Shown here: positions 23,601 to 35,539 of the stretch, piece by piece
How the letters are laid out: every line of letters begins with the position of its first letter
Position numbering within the stretch: position 1 is the stretch's first letter
Assembly: GCA_977018835.1 (NCBI GenBank)
Contig: OZ361258.1
Location: 4,092,001 to 4,156,000 of the forward strand
From: Minutocellus sp. GHC0000111
Lineage: Eukaryota
Direction: 5' to 3'
DNA length: 64,000 nucleotides
Notes under the pieces: generated by a model
What the model was told of the DNA's origin: nothing
Seen by the model: only the letters and a program-made list of their open reading frames with translations
Databases searched by the model: none
Made by a program: the position numbers and the translations under genes

Positions 23601-25746
23601 TGCGTCGGTTGTGATATTTTTCACTCTAATGTGCCTTGTTGGGCTAATGGAAGGCATGCAAATAGCACTTTTCGCTGTTGTCAATTTATCGTCCAAAGAG
23701 CTCGCAAAGCATCGTGTCGCGGCGGCAAATTGCGCCCTAGCTTTTAAGGAGCAGAACCTACAGTCCTTTCTCATCGGCCGGCAGATACTTGTTACGATTT
23801 GTATGTTTGTGGTAGCTCGAATCACAACCCCAAACATAACAACCGAGGCTAGCGAGAATCTTTGGGGCGTATCCGACGGACTCCAAAACTTCTTCAACAC
23901 TGGTCTACTCGGTGCAATCATAACAACTATTCTTGCATCGCTGTCATGGCGAATCATCGCTTCAAGCTTCCCCACAGCCTTTCTTTCCAACCCTCTCATC
24001 TACATCGTAATCAAAGTCTGTCTTGGCATCGAAAAGTCTGGAGTCTGTGCAGCTGCTTGGGTACTTGCTCGGTACCATAAGCCCATGATGGGATACCAAA
24101 CAGATGGCATCTACCTTGAGTGCAAGGAGAAGAAAGGATGGGAACCTATCTCAAAGCGTGACAAGGATATCGACATCACCATGACTGTCGTCAAATATGT
24201 ATGTTCTCTTGGTATCCTCATATTTTCAGTTGTTTTGGTTATGGCGGCAATCTTTACCAAACAAACAAAAATTGCCGAAAATGCCCATCCAGTTGTGGCC
24301 TTCTTTATATTTTGGTTCTTGATTTTGTGGCTCGGCATGATTGAAGGAGGCCAGGGTGCTCTTGTGGGTCTTCAACCTGTCGACAAGGCTCAATATGTAA
24401 ATTCTCACCACAAGACTCATAAATGCACTTCTCTTGCCCACAATGGCGATAACATGGAGCGCTTCATTGTTGGTCGCCAGTTCTTGGTGGTTTTGATTGT
24501 TTTTGTGGCCAATATGTGTGGAGCTACTAGCGGTGATGTGACTGTGTTTGACCTTCCCCAGAGCGTGACTACAGTATTCCTGACGAACGGTCTTGCAATG
24601 ATTCTTGTCACAATCATGCTTGGCCAACTTACTCAGCAGGTCGTCGCGGCATCGTGTATGCTCGACTTTATCAACAATTACTTCATGCTATTTTCAATCT
24701 ACGCATCTCTTGGCATCGAATATTCCGGTCTCCTTCATTGTGTCTATCTCGTTCAGATTTTATTTGCCAGGATCACAAAAACGCCGATAGAATCGAAGGA
24801 AGCTGCTCGTTCGACTGCACAGAATGCTTTTTTCTGGACTCGAGTTATCTTGTCTCTTGTGATCCTTTGCTTATCCTTTGCCGTGACTCTCACAGCTCTC
24901 TTCCAGGGCAAAACCGCAGCCTGGTCAGGAATTCCGCCCGGTGCTTCTGTCGCTATCTTTTTTGTCCTAATGTGCTTTGTAGGTCTGATGGAAGGCATGC
25001 AGATTGCACTCTTTGCCGCTATTAATTTACCAGAAGATGAACTTGCGAAAGCCAAAATTGCAGCGACCAATTGTAAACTTACCTTTTCGGGCAATAACTT
25101 TGCTGCTTTTCTCATTGGCCGCCAGATCTTGGTGACTTTGTGCATGTTCCTTGTCGCGAAGATTACCGCTCTCACCGTTATCCCTGGGGAAGGCAAAAAT
25201 ATTTTTGGCGTATCTGATGGACTTCAGCTCTTCTTCAATACTGGCCTACTCGGCGCGATTATTACAACAATTGTCGCTTCTCTTGCTTGGCGCATTGTCG
25301 CGTCATCGTTCCCGCTGATGTTCATGAGCAATCCTCTCATATATGTAATAGTGCAAATGTGTCTTGTCCTTGAAAAGACAGGAGTTTGCTCTGCCTCTTG
25401 GTTCCTTGCTCTGATTCAAAAGGAAATATTTAATTTCCAGCCAGATGACGCATATCTCGGCGAGAACATTCTCGCCAAAAGTCTAGCCGAAACTGAAGCA
25501 GGTACCACAAATGGCGTTTGGGATGCTACCCATCGGTCAAGTATGATTATGGCTCGTTCCAGCATTATTGACCTGCAAGCCTTTGTTGACGAACACCAGG
25601 ATCTCATTGACGATGAGCCTCGATTGATCCACCCAATGGCACTTGGCAATGCCAAGGAAATAATGGGGGAAGCAACGCGAAAATTGCAAGTTTGGGCAGA
25701 AGATTTAGAGCTTGATAACAAGGATGGTGGTTCGCCAGTTGGATGA
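20670..25746 (+). CDS. SIT: Silicon transporter with three fused SIT domains (about 1597 aa; exons 20670-21371, 21554-22897, 22999-25746)
   Basis: Three full sets of SIT motifs EGGQ / ERFIVGRQF / CM(L/M)DFINN / MEGMQ / LIGRQ with many hydrophobic helices. Both introns are phase 0 GT-AG and the spliced frame is intact. Confidence 0.93.
21378..21428. repeat. About 23-bp tandem duplication in SIT intron 1
   Basis: CATGTGATGAG(A/T)TCCTGTAACATC occurs twice in tandem. Confidence 0.85.
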
Positions 25747-25875
25747 AGTGACAAAAGAAGGAGAGCTGCTTCATCTAATGATAATTTCGTTCTTATATTA
25801 AAAATCAAATATGTGTGTATGTTGTAAGAGATCAATGTACTCAGTGCTAGATCTGGCTAGCCAGTAACATCTTCT

Positions 25876-28690
25876 CTACCTATCAAAAATACTAGGGACG
25901 CGTTCGGGGTCGCCGCTCTTCTTCAAAGTAAGCTTCTTCGCAAGCTTTTTAAGTCGCAGCTTCGCTTTTGGTTCGTCTTCCAGACCAATATCTGCCGACA
26001 ACAGCATAACTCCAGAATCTTTCAATATATTCGAAGTGCTCCCCCTTCGACTTATATGATTGTGCGGGTCGGCGGTCGATACTGCCGATATCGATGATCG
26101 GCGACATGCTGTGAATTCTTTTTTGGGTTCTGAAGGATCACTATTGCGGCGAATGACAGTACTTTGACTTTTGCTACTTGTTGCTCTTGCTTTGGAAATC
26201 GCAGAATTATCAACAGAGCTCCGTCGGGATTCCTTAGGCTTTGGCTGCTTCACATTTGGTGCGTCTGCCTCCTCTGCCTTGATTCGTTCTCTTTCGTTGG
26301 AGTTCTTCGTCTCTGCTTTCCTCACTGCCTCGCCGACCGCGCTGGCTAATGAAGCGTGCTGCGACTGCTTCGATTCAATTGAAAGAACACCAGTGGATTG
26401 CATCGAACCCCTTCTTTCGGCCCTCCGCGGCTTGTCAACTGTCCCAGTTTCGGCACTGCGTCGTCTGGCAATAATCTCCTGATCAGCAGCAAACTGCACT
26501 GATGGTCTTCGTTGTGCCCTACCGTCGTCGCGAGCACTGCTGCTTTTCTTGCCGCCTTGATTGGACAATCGGCGCTCATTCCTGTCACCGGAGTTTTCTC
26601 TCGATAGTGACTTGCGCTTGTTCCTTTCGTCAGAATTCTCCCTCTTGAGCATACCGGGCAAACCTCGAAGAAGCTCCTGGTCGAGCTCAGAATGAGATAA
26701 TGACATTTCTGGGGGCATATCGGAGTTAGAGGGTCTCTTGCCTCTCTTCTCCTTCGCCATTTCATTGAGTTTTTCCATATCATCTCGTGACCTAGATCGG
26801 CCATGCCCTTTCATGGATCTTCTTGAGCTGCGTCCAGCATCGAACATGTCTTGTGTATCAACTTGTGCTGTGTGTATCCCCTTGAGGATCTTCGTCGAGA
26901 TGCTCTGTCCCTGTCCCTCTCTCTGGAGGGCGAAGGTACACCTGTGATGTCTAGATCAGATATCTTTCTACCGCGCTCCTCTCCCGATCTGCGCCGCGAC
27001 GTGGTTACCATCGACGATCGACGGCGCTGCTTGGAACGCTGCTGTGCAGCCTCTTGGAGACTGTCGCGCTCAATCTTTAGATCCGGTGCCGAGTTGTGCA
27101 TCGTCGGCTCCTGCATCCCCTCCTGTTCAGGTGCAAGGTCCAGACCGTTGAGTTCCTCGAGGAGCCTCGACCCGGCCTCAATGGCAGATCCCGACTTTCG
27201 TCGTCGCACGGCATTCCTCCCACTTGCGGCAGCAGCAGCCTCCATTTCTCGCTGCTGCTCCAGCTTCATGCCCCCCTCCTTCTCCAACCGGCGCTTCTCC
27301 TTCTCAATCTTCCGCATCCGTTCTGCCAGCTGCTCCTGCTCCAGCCGAAGCTTTTCCTCCTCCATGGCCTGGAGTTGTATTTCCAATTCCTTCATCCGAC
27401 GCGTTTTGGCATCCTGTTGGTCGGCATGATCCGCCGATGACCGACGAATTTTTTGCCGCTGCTGGACCGCCGATGCTGCCTCTGTTCGGTAGCCCGATCT
27501 TGACAACCATCCTGGTCATTCGATCTCCTCCTTGATTCTTTCCTACTGTGCCGATCCCTATCTCTGTCCTTATCTCTGCTAACATCTCGATCTCGATCAC
27601 GATCGCCTGACCCCCTCCTGTGACGGTGTTCCTCCAACCTCCGCTGCTGCGATTGGGCCAAGACGGCCCGGTATTCCTCGTCTAATTCGTTGTCTTCGTC
27701 GGCCGCCCTGGCGGTGGCCGTGGCATAGGCCGCCGTCATCATCCATCCCTCCATCTCGTCGGAATATTTGTCATGACCCCCTTCCCCGTCCACATCCTTG
27801 GCCTTTGCCCTGCGCTCCAGATTTTTCAACTCCGCTTCATTTCTGACCCGCGAGGAAGAGGAGGAGGAGTAAGGCTGCCCGTCCATTCTAGGCATTTCCG
27901 ATGAAGCTGCCCCTGCCTGTGCCTGGGGCGACCTCTTCCGCCGATGGGGAGAATGCCGCTCCGAATTTTTCATGGTCGCACTGTCGGTCGTACTGCGGGA
28001 GTGCGCCGTCGATTTGCTTTGGATGGTCCGGCTGCTGGGCTCGCGCGACGACGATTGCTTCCTCACCCCCTCTCTGCGATCACTGTCACTACCGTCATTT
28101 AGCTTGCCCTCATATTCCACATACGTTTGACCAGCACTGGCACCTGGTTCCTGTGGAGAGGATGTGGGGCCGACACCGATTTCGATTGACAATTCCCTCA
28201 TGGCCAGTGGCAAACTTCCGGCGCTGTTGGAATCGACGGACGCCCCCAGGGCATCCTCCGACCCCACCCGTTTCATCTTGCCACCGCCATCTTCGGAGTC
28301 CTTGAGCAACTCGTGCTGTCCCAAATAGGACCGCTGCGAAGTGCTCATGACCGCCCGTTCCGACGACATGCTCTCGTTGAGGGCCGCCAGTTTGTTTCGT
28401 CGGCGCAATATCTCTTCGCGAGATACCCCCCGCGACAAATCGACGCCCATGGCCGAACCCGAAAGCGCGAGGGGATTGTCACCGCTCGAGCTCGACGAGG
28501 TGGTGGTATCCGGATACCTGGAGGAGGTTGGGCGTTTCCGGCTCGTGCCGCCGGTGCCGGAGGCATTTGTGCGATGACGCTCCCGCGACGAAGATGTGCC
28601 GGTTTGCGACGAACGGCGACGGGAGCTGCTAGTCGCTACTGCAGCGCCGCCGCCGACGCCCTCGGCCCACGTCGTCGGGGCCTTCACCAT
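25876..28690 (-). pseudogene. Low-complexity Ser/Arg-rich protein with coiled coil, split over three frames
   Basis: Three overlapping same-strand ORFs (28690-27392, 27506-26811, 26847-25876) share RRxS-rich composition. No obvious introns lie at the frame changes near 27510 and 26860. Confidence 0.55.
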
Positions 28691-29059
28691 GGCTCCAAAT
28701 CAAGTGCCGCCCGCCCCGACAGGAGATTCCCTTCGGGGCAACTTCTTATTTGCTATTTGACTTGCTTCTTGCTGAATCTCCCTGTGCTTGACTTGACATG
28801 ACATGCGATGCCTTGAGAACGCCACGTCTTTCTCTGGGGTTGGGCCGAATGTGACTTTTTAGCATGTGTTGAGTTTGTACACGTCATGCATTTCTTTACT
28901 ACGTACATGGCAAAGAGAGCTGGATGGCCTGCCTGGCCGGCCCTCGCCTCTGATGATGAGGGCGGATAGAAGCCAAGATACCGGTCTATTTATTAAATAA
29001 CTCATAATAAGTTATGTTGCACAGCAATTATAAGCTCTCTATAATTATATTATACCACA

Positions 29060-31543
29060 TTAGTCCTTCTTCTTGTCATCCGAATCCTTCTCCTTGAATT
29101 CGGCGTCGACAGTGTCGTCGTCCTTCTTCTCCTCGCCGCCCTCGGCAACGGCATCACCGCCACCCTGCTGGCCGTAGACGGCCTGCCCAATCTTGAGGCT
29201 CGACTGCTGCAGGGCCGAGATCTTGGCCTTGATGTCGTCCAAATCATCACTGTCCTTGACGGCCTTGGCCTCGTCGATGGCCTTCTGGACCTCGTCCTTC
29301 ACCTCGGCCTCGAGCTTCTCGCCGTGCTCACCGAGGGTCTTCTCCGTGCTGTAGATGAGGCTGTCGATCTCGTTCTTCGACTCAATGACCTGGCGCTTCT
29401 TGGCATCGGCCTCGGCGTTGGCCTCGGCGTCGGAGACCATCCGCTCGATGTCGTCGTCGGACAGACCACCGCACGACCTAATAACGATGTTCTGCTCCTT
29501 GCCGGTACCCTTGTCCTTGGCAGAAACGTTGAGGATGCCATCGGCGTCAATGTCGAAGGCAACCTCGATCTGGGGCACGCCACGCGGAGCCGGGGGAATA
29601 CCAACGAGGTCAAACTCACCGAGGTTCTTGTTGTCGGCGGCCATCTCACGCTCACCCTGCATAACCTTAATCTGGACCTGGGGCTGGTTGTCCACGGCCG
29701 TCGAGAAGGTCTGGGTCTTCTTGGTGGGGATGGTGGTGTTGCGGGGAATGAGCTTGGTCATGACGCCTCCGAGGGTTTCGATACCAAGACTGAGAGGAGT
29801 GACGTCGAGGAGGAGAATGTCCTTGACATCACCCTTGAGGACACCGCCCTGAATGGCGGCACCCATGGCAACAACTGCATTTCGAGGTGGAATGAAAAAT
29901 TATATATGTGAGGGATTTGTCCTTCGTATCATTCAAACATTCATCATCACACCGTGTGTCCACATCCAAACCAATAATGCAACTCACCTTCATCGGGGTT
30001 GACTCCGCGGCTGGGCTCCTTGCCGAAGAAGTTCTTGACGGTCTCCTGGACCTTGGGCATTCGGGTCATACCACCGACGAGAATAACATCGTGAATCTCC
30101 GACTTGGACAGGTCCGCATCCTTCATGCACTTCTTGCAAGGGTCAACGGTACGATCGACAAGCTTCTGCACCAATCCCTCGAACTGCGCCCGCGTAAGCT
30201 TGCTGTTCAAGTGCTTAGGTCCGGTCTGATCGGCGGTAATGAATGGCAGTGAAACATCGGTCTGGGCCAGTCCATCGAGCTCTCTCTTGGCCTTCTCGGC
30301 CGCCTCGCGCAATCGCTGCATGGCCAAGTTGTCACCCGAAAGGTCAATGCTGGTCTCCTTCTTGAAGTCATTGAGCAGATGCTCGAGAAGCTCCTCATCG
30401 AAATCCTCTCCACCGAGCATGGTATCACCATTGGTGGCCTTGACCTCAAAGACACCGCCGGAAATCTCAAGGATGGACACATCGAACGTACCACCGCCCA
30501 AATCGAAGACGACGATGGTCTTGCCATCGGCCTTGTCCATGCCGTACGCCAAAGCGGCGGCAGTGGGCTCGTTAATGATACGGAGCACATCCAAACCGGC
30601 AATCTTACCGGCATCCTTGGTAGCCTGACGCTGACTGTCGTTGAAATAGGCTGGGACGGTAACGACGGCCTTGGTCACCTCACGTCCGAGGAATCCCTCG
30701 GCGGTCTCCTTCATCTTTCCGAGGACCATGGAACCGATCTGGGAGGGACTGTACTTCTCCCCGTGTGCCTCAACCCAGGCATCGTCGTTGTTGGGACTCT
30801 TGATGATCTTGTAGGGGACGAGGCCCTGGATGTTCTTGACCTCCGCATCGCTGAAGGAACGGCCGATGAGACGCTTGACGGCATACAAGGTGTTGTCGGG
30901 GTTGGTCACGGCCTGACGGCGGGCGGCCATACCGACGAGGCGGCTGCCGTCATCGGTGAAGGCAACGACGGAGGGGGTCGTACGGGCACCCTCCGAGTTC
31001 TCAATGACACGGGCATTGCGTCCTTCCTATTGTAATGCAAAAAGACATTCGTTTTTCAATTGGTTATGCATAATTGCGTCGCAATCGATCCAGGTATTGC
31101 ATTCAAGCCCAAAACATATGCCAAGTAGCATTAGATAGAACAAAAATACTGTTAGAATATGAATGCAATCATAAGTTCCGTCACACATGTCATCAAACTG
31201 CAGACGTTCAATCGTAATTTTCTCTGCAAATGCACGAGCCGAGATAAATGTTCTGTTTCTCTTGGCTACAATTCGATCAACACATCTAAATTCAGAACCG
31301 GCACATGTTATGCCCATTTCCCCCAATCCACGAAGGACTCACCATGATGGCAACGCAACTGTTGGTAGTACCAAGATCGATACCGATGACATCGCCGGCA
31401 TCGGCACCCTTCCAACGCCGTGCGCCGAAGATGGTCTGGGTGGCGGCCGCCGAGGCGGCACCGGCGTTGGACGAGAGCGCACCGGTGGCCGATCGCGCGG
31501 AGGCGAGGCCGCTCAGGCGGCTAGTGGTAAGTCGGAGGGCCAT
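29060..31543 (-). CDS. HSP70: Mitochondrial Hsp70 (DnaK/mortalin); exons 31543-31343, 31026-29988, 29874-29060
   Basis: Arg/Ala/Ser-rich transit peptide. Motifs [43 protein letters not shown] and [14 protein letters not shown] are present. Introns are canonical. Confidence 0.97.
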
Positions 31544-32054
31544 GATTCTAATTCTTCGCAGAGTATATTTCCCCTTGGATTCTATCTAAGCGGTCTATTT
31601 GGCAGGATATGCCGCGTGGAGCATAAGTAATGGACGGTGTTGGCCGAGCTGAGCTCTCGAAATTTCTTCTTGGAGCCTCTGCGCTGTTCCGGCCGGATGA
31701 GCGGCTCAGCTGTGACGAAAGACTGACTCGACTCAAAATATAGACGGAAGAAGAACAGACGGATTCGAGGGGCAAAGCGTTTGGAAGGAAAATGGGAGAG
31801 AATTCTATTTTCTCCCTCTTTCTGGCGAACAAAGCCACGCGGAGCGGAGGGCGGAACGCAACGGTGCATTGGAGCAGAGACGATCATGATGACAAGAAGG
31901 AAGGCAGCTGTTCAAAGCTCGGTTCATAAGTAAACGAAAAGCATTAGTATATCATTGCTCGTCATGACTGGAATGATGGCGGAAAATGCCGCCTCTGCAT
32001 AGCAAATGATAACAATTCGAGCAGAAAGTTCCGATAATAAATGAAGGGAAAATA

Positions 32055-32501
32055 ATGACGAAGCCTTCTTCGAGCAGCTCCCCCATGACCCTGTCCCAGG
32101 CACGTGTTCTCCTCAACATTTTGCATGACAAGCCGCCTCCATCACCCGGTTACATCCAGCAATCATTTCGAGAAGCGGCGCGAATCTACCATCCCGATAG
32201 TCGACACCGACCAGACGCCAGGCCGTGCAGCACTACATTTCGGAGATGCCACGAAGCTCGAAAGGTGCTGATGGAGCATTATCACGGAACCGGGAATGGT
32301 TTCGGAAGTGGTGGCTTCAGTAGGAGAACCCCAAATAAAGCAGCTTCTACCAGCGCCAGACGAAGAGGATTTCCCTACCGGACACTGAGAGTGCTTACGG
32401 TGAAGCAGAACTTGATACTGAGGGGAAGCGTAATGCTGATATTGACGTTCGGTACGGTGTACGAAGAATTCACAAAAGAGAAGAAAAAGACAGCCATGTA
32501 A
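32055..32501 (+). CDS. Small J-domain (DnaJ-like) protein with C-terminal hydrophobic segment
   Basis: IQQSFREAARIYHPD (HPD motif) followed by FRRCHEARKVL. Confidence 0.8.
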   Translation: MTKPSSSSSPMTLSQARVLLNILHDKPPPSPGYIQQSFREAARIYHPDSRHRPDARPCSTTFRRCHEARKVLMEHYHGTGNGFGSGGFSRRTPNKAASTSARRRGFPYRTLRVLTVKQNLILRGSVMLILTFGTVYEEFTKEKKKTAM

Positions 32502-32667
32502 TGTTGAATAGGGTGATGTTTCACCAACTTGATTTCAATTCAAAAAGAAAAGGGCAAATAACATTGATATTACATCAGTTAGTGGACGATTATACAGCGC
32601 ATAAACAAATAGCACAATGACTCTCATGCTCATGACCACGTACACATATTGGTTTCTAGAATTACGC

Positions 32668-33801
32668 TTACGCAGATATTTCAAGGCACTTCGCAAATCT
32701 TTTCCACTCTACTGCATGTTCAGAATCGTTCTCAATTCGATTCCGAACACTGTCCAATGAGGAACGTCTCCACAGCTGAGGGACCATATGAGGATCAGCT
32801 CCGGCCTGGATCAAAGATGTAACTCTGCCAAAGAGATGGTCAATACCACCGCCATCAACATCACCGCATATGCTTTTGTTGCTGCGAATCGTCTCATCAA
32901 AATGCCATATCATCTTGACCAGTATAGGGACATCAAAGTCAGCATCGAGGGCATGTATGTTAACTTTGGAATGCCGAAGAAAGTAATCGAATGACACCTT
33001 TGGAATGTATGTCTCCTTGGCCATTGCGGCAATAGTTTCACTCGGAGAGTCGACAATATATCGACGAGATGAAAGAATCAGCTCCAGCAACTCATTATCG
33101 CCCCGGACTACGGTAATTTCATGAAGTAGGAAAGGAGTGCTTTGTGTTATTTGTAGCGGAACAAAGTAGCCACTGCTCAAACTTGATGCAGGTTCATCTT
33201 GGTAGTCAAGTAGATGCTTTGCCACTTCTTGTAGGCCGAGCATAGTAGCGATTGCCAGGTTATTAAAGATGCAGTTAGTGTCAACGCATTCAAATGTTGA
33301 AGTAGTTTCATTGTATTGGAAGGATTTGACCTTGTCGGCAAGTCAACGTTGCTGCCATGAATTGTTGTTGACTTCCATCCACGCGAGGATGTTATCTCTG
33401 CACTTGTCGAATGCTCGAAGATTTCTGTAGAATTTAGCAAGTGCTTTATTATGACCAATCGGCACGTTCGTATCGTTGACAAGTGTCTTGTTCAATACCT
33501 CGAGCGATTTAACGAGATATCGCTCATTGTTCTGTAAGTATCGATGGCGAATAATATGGGACTCGTTCCTGCCAACGGCGGCGCATACGCTCGAAAGGGT
33601 TGTGCCAGGGTCCAAGTAGGAAGAGATGATGCATATGGTGTCAATGCCCAGACTTTTATTGGCATGCGTTGTGTTGTGGGCATTCATATCGACCATACTG
33701 CGAACCGAAAGTAGTGAGAATGCCGAGGGGGGAGGCTGAGGAAGAAAAGAGGGAGAATGACGACGACTTGTTCGTTGGAATATTTTGTCGAAGGAGAACA
33801 T
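32668..33801 (-). pseudogene. Hypothetical protein with F-box-like N-terminus and ankyrin-like C-terminus; in-frame TGA at 33343-33345
   Basis: ORFs 33801-33343 and 33243-32668 are in the same frame, separated by one stop. Motifs SLGIDTICIISSYL and LIQAGADP. Confidence 0.6.
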
Positions 33802-34044
33802 TTTGAATACGGCTGACGCTTTTGGAATATATCAAGGTGTCAGCGCATGAATTGTCGATTGGCTGGTTGGTTGAGCTGAACAGCATTGCTTGACTTCTTG
33901 GCACCGCTTCCGAAAACGTGGCGGGAGGTTTGTTGACGCCTTGCACTGACGAGATGACACAAGCATAAAAGGGACAGCGACTCAAAGTATGCGAGCAACT
34001 ACCCCCTCAGGCAAACAGTCAGGCAAACGCCCATTTTTGCAACA

Positions 34045-35493
34045 ATGAGCTTCCAATCGCTCCTTTCGACCTTCAAGGCGGCCACAGGAGAGCCGCCTGC
34101 AGAATCAGTGTCGGGAAAAGACAACCGCGCCCCTGGTAAAGCTGGTGATTCGTCATCTTCGACAAGGCCTTCAAAAAGCATAAACTCGAAAGATGACACA
34201 AAGCCAAACGCACCTGGCGGTACCCACGACACGTCGGCTTCCTCATCAAAATCTGCACAATCCACCAAACCGCTCCTTGAAGCCACAACAGACCTTTGGA
34301 GAGTCGCCGAAATACGCCGATCGGCAGCTGGAATGAGAAAAGCAGCATGCAGTTCAAAAACAGACACATCCAGCATATCTGACTCGAACGCACCGACGAC
34401 CGGCTTCCATCTGGCCATATGTGCGTGCGTCGTCGATGATTTGCCGCACGAGGAGGTTTGGAGACGATTTATGCAAAGCGACACATTTGCAGCAGGCGGT
34501 CGTGGAGCTTTGGAAGCCTCGGCGGAGCTATACATTCATGCCAAGCATCCCGATCGCCTTCGGTCGTCGTGGGCACGGTCCAAAATGATCCGCAAATGCT
34601 ACAAACCGAATTGGAACGACGTTAGGATTGTGCGAGCTATGCTGGCGTTGGCTGAAGAGGCTTTGAATGATGCGCGAACGACACACATATTGTTTGCAAC
34701 CGAGAGCTGCATACCGATTGCTACACTAGGTGAGGTTGCCCTACGAATTGTTTTGGAGCAAGATGGGCAAGACAAACAAAAGAGCACTATAAACTGGGAT
34801 CGGAGCTTTGTCGATGCCTACGGTCGGAATAGCCCGCGGTGCACGCGATTCGATGAGAGGAATTGCTAGGACGCACTTAGAGGAAAGGTACCGCCAGATG
34901 CCATTCAAAAGGCACTGCCGGGTTGGTGCCTCGTCAGCCGAAAGCATATGGAGAGCATATTGAATTTACCTCAAGCTTTGGGTGGGCAGGATTTGTGGCC
35001 GGCATTTACCGACGTATGGGCACCGGAAGAGGTGTACTTTCCGACATGCTTGGCGCTATGTGGATATCTCGCGCCGGAATCGGATGGAGATGATGGTGTT
35101 GTACGAGAAGCTCTGACTTATGCCGAATGGAACGAACGAGCGCGTGATCACAAGGACCGAGCCCATCCGCTTGTGTTTGACGGATGCTTCGAGAATGATG
35201 CTGCAACGATTCGAAGGATACGGGACCAAGGGTGCACGTTTCTTCGAAAAGTCAAGAGACCGATACCGGTCCGTCTTTGGGGAGATGTGGTGACAGGGAC
35301 GAACAGTGGGAGTGAGAAACCGTCCGAGGGGCAATTTCAAGGCCGTGGTAGGGATAGATCATACCAATCGTCCTCGGGAAGGAAGCGAAATCGCCATGAT
35401 TATGATGGCGGCAGAGGAAGGGATGATTATTACTGGCAAGGAAGAGGAGATGGGAGTAACTACTACAGTCATTCGAGGCACAGGCGGTACTGA
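34045..35493 (+). pseudogene. Core-2/I-branching glycosyltransferase family (GT14-like/DUF266) protein with in-frame TAG at 34867-34869
   Basis: LPHEEVWRRF, LYIHAKHP, ILFATESCIPI, then after the stop KALPGWCLVSRKH, APEEVYFPT, TYAEW and FLRKV, all in one frame. Confidence 0.75.
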
Positions 35494-35539
35494 CAAATAA
35501 TGTTTTATAATTTTACATATCAAAATTGTCTCTCCTTTT

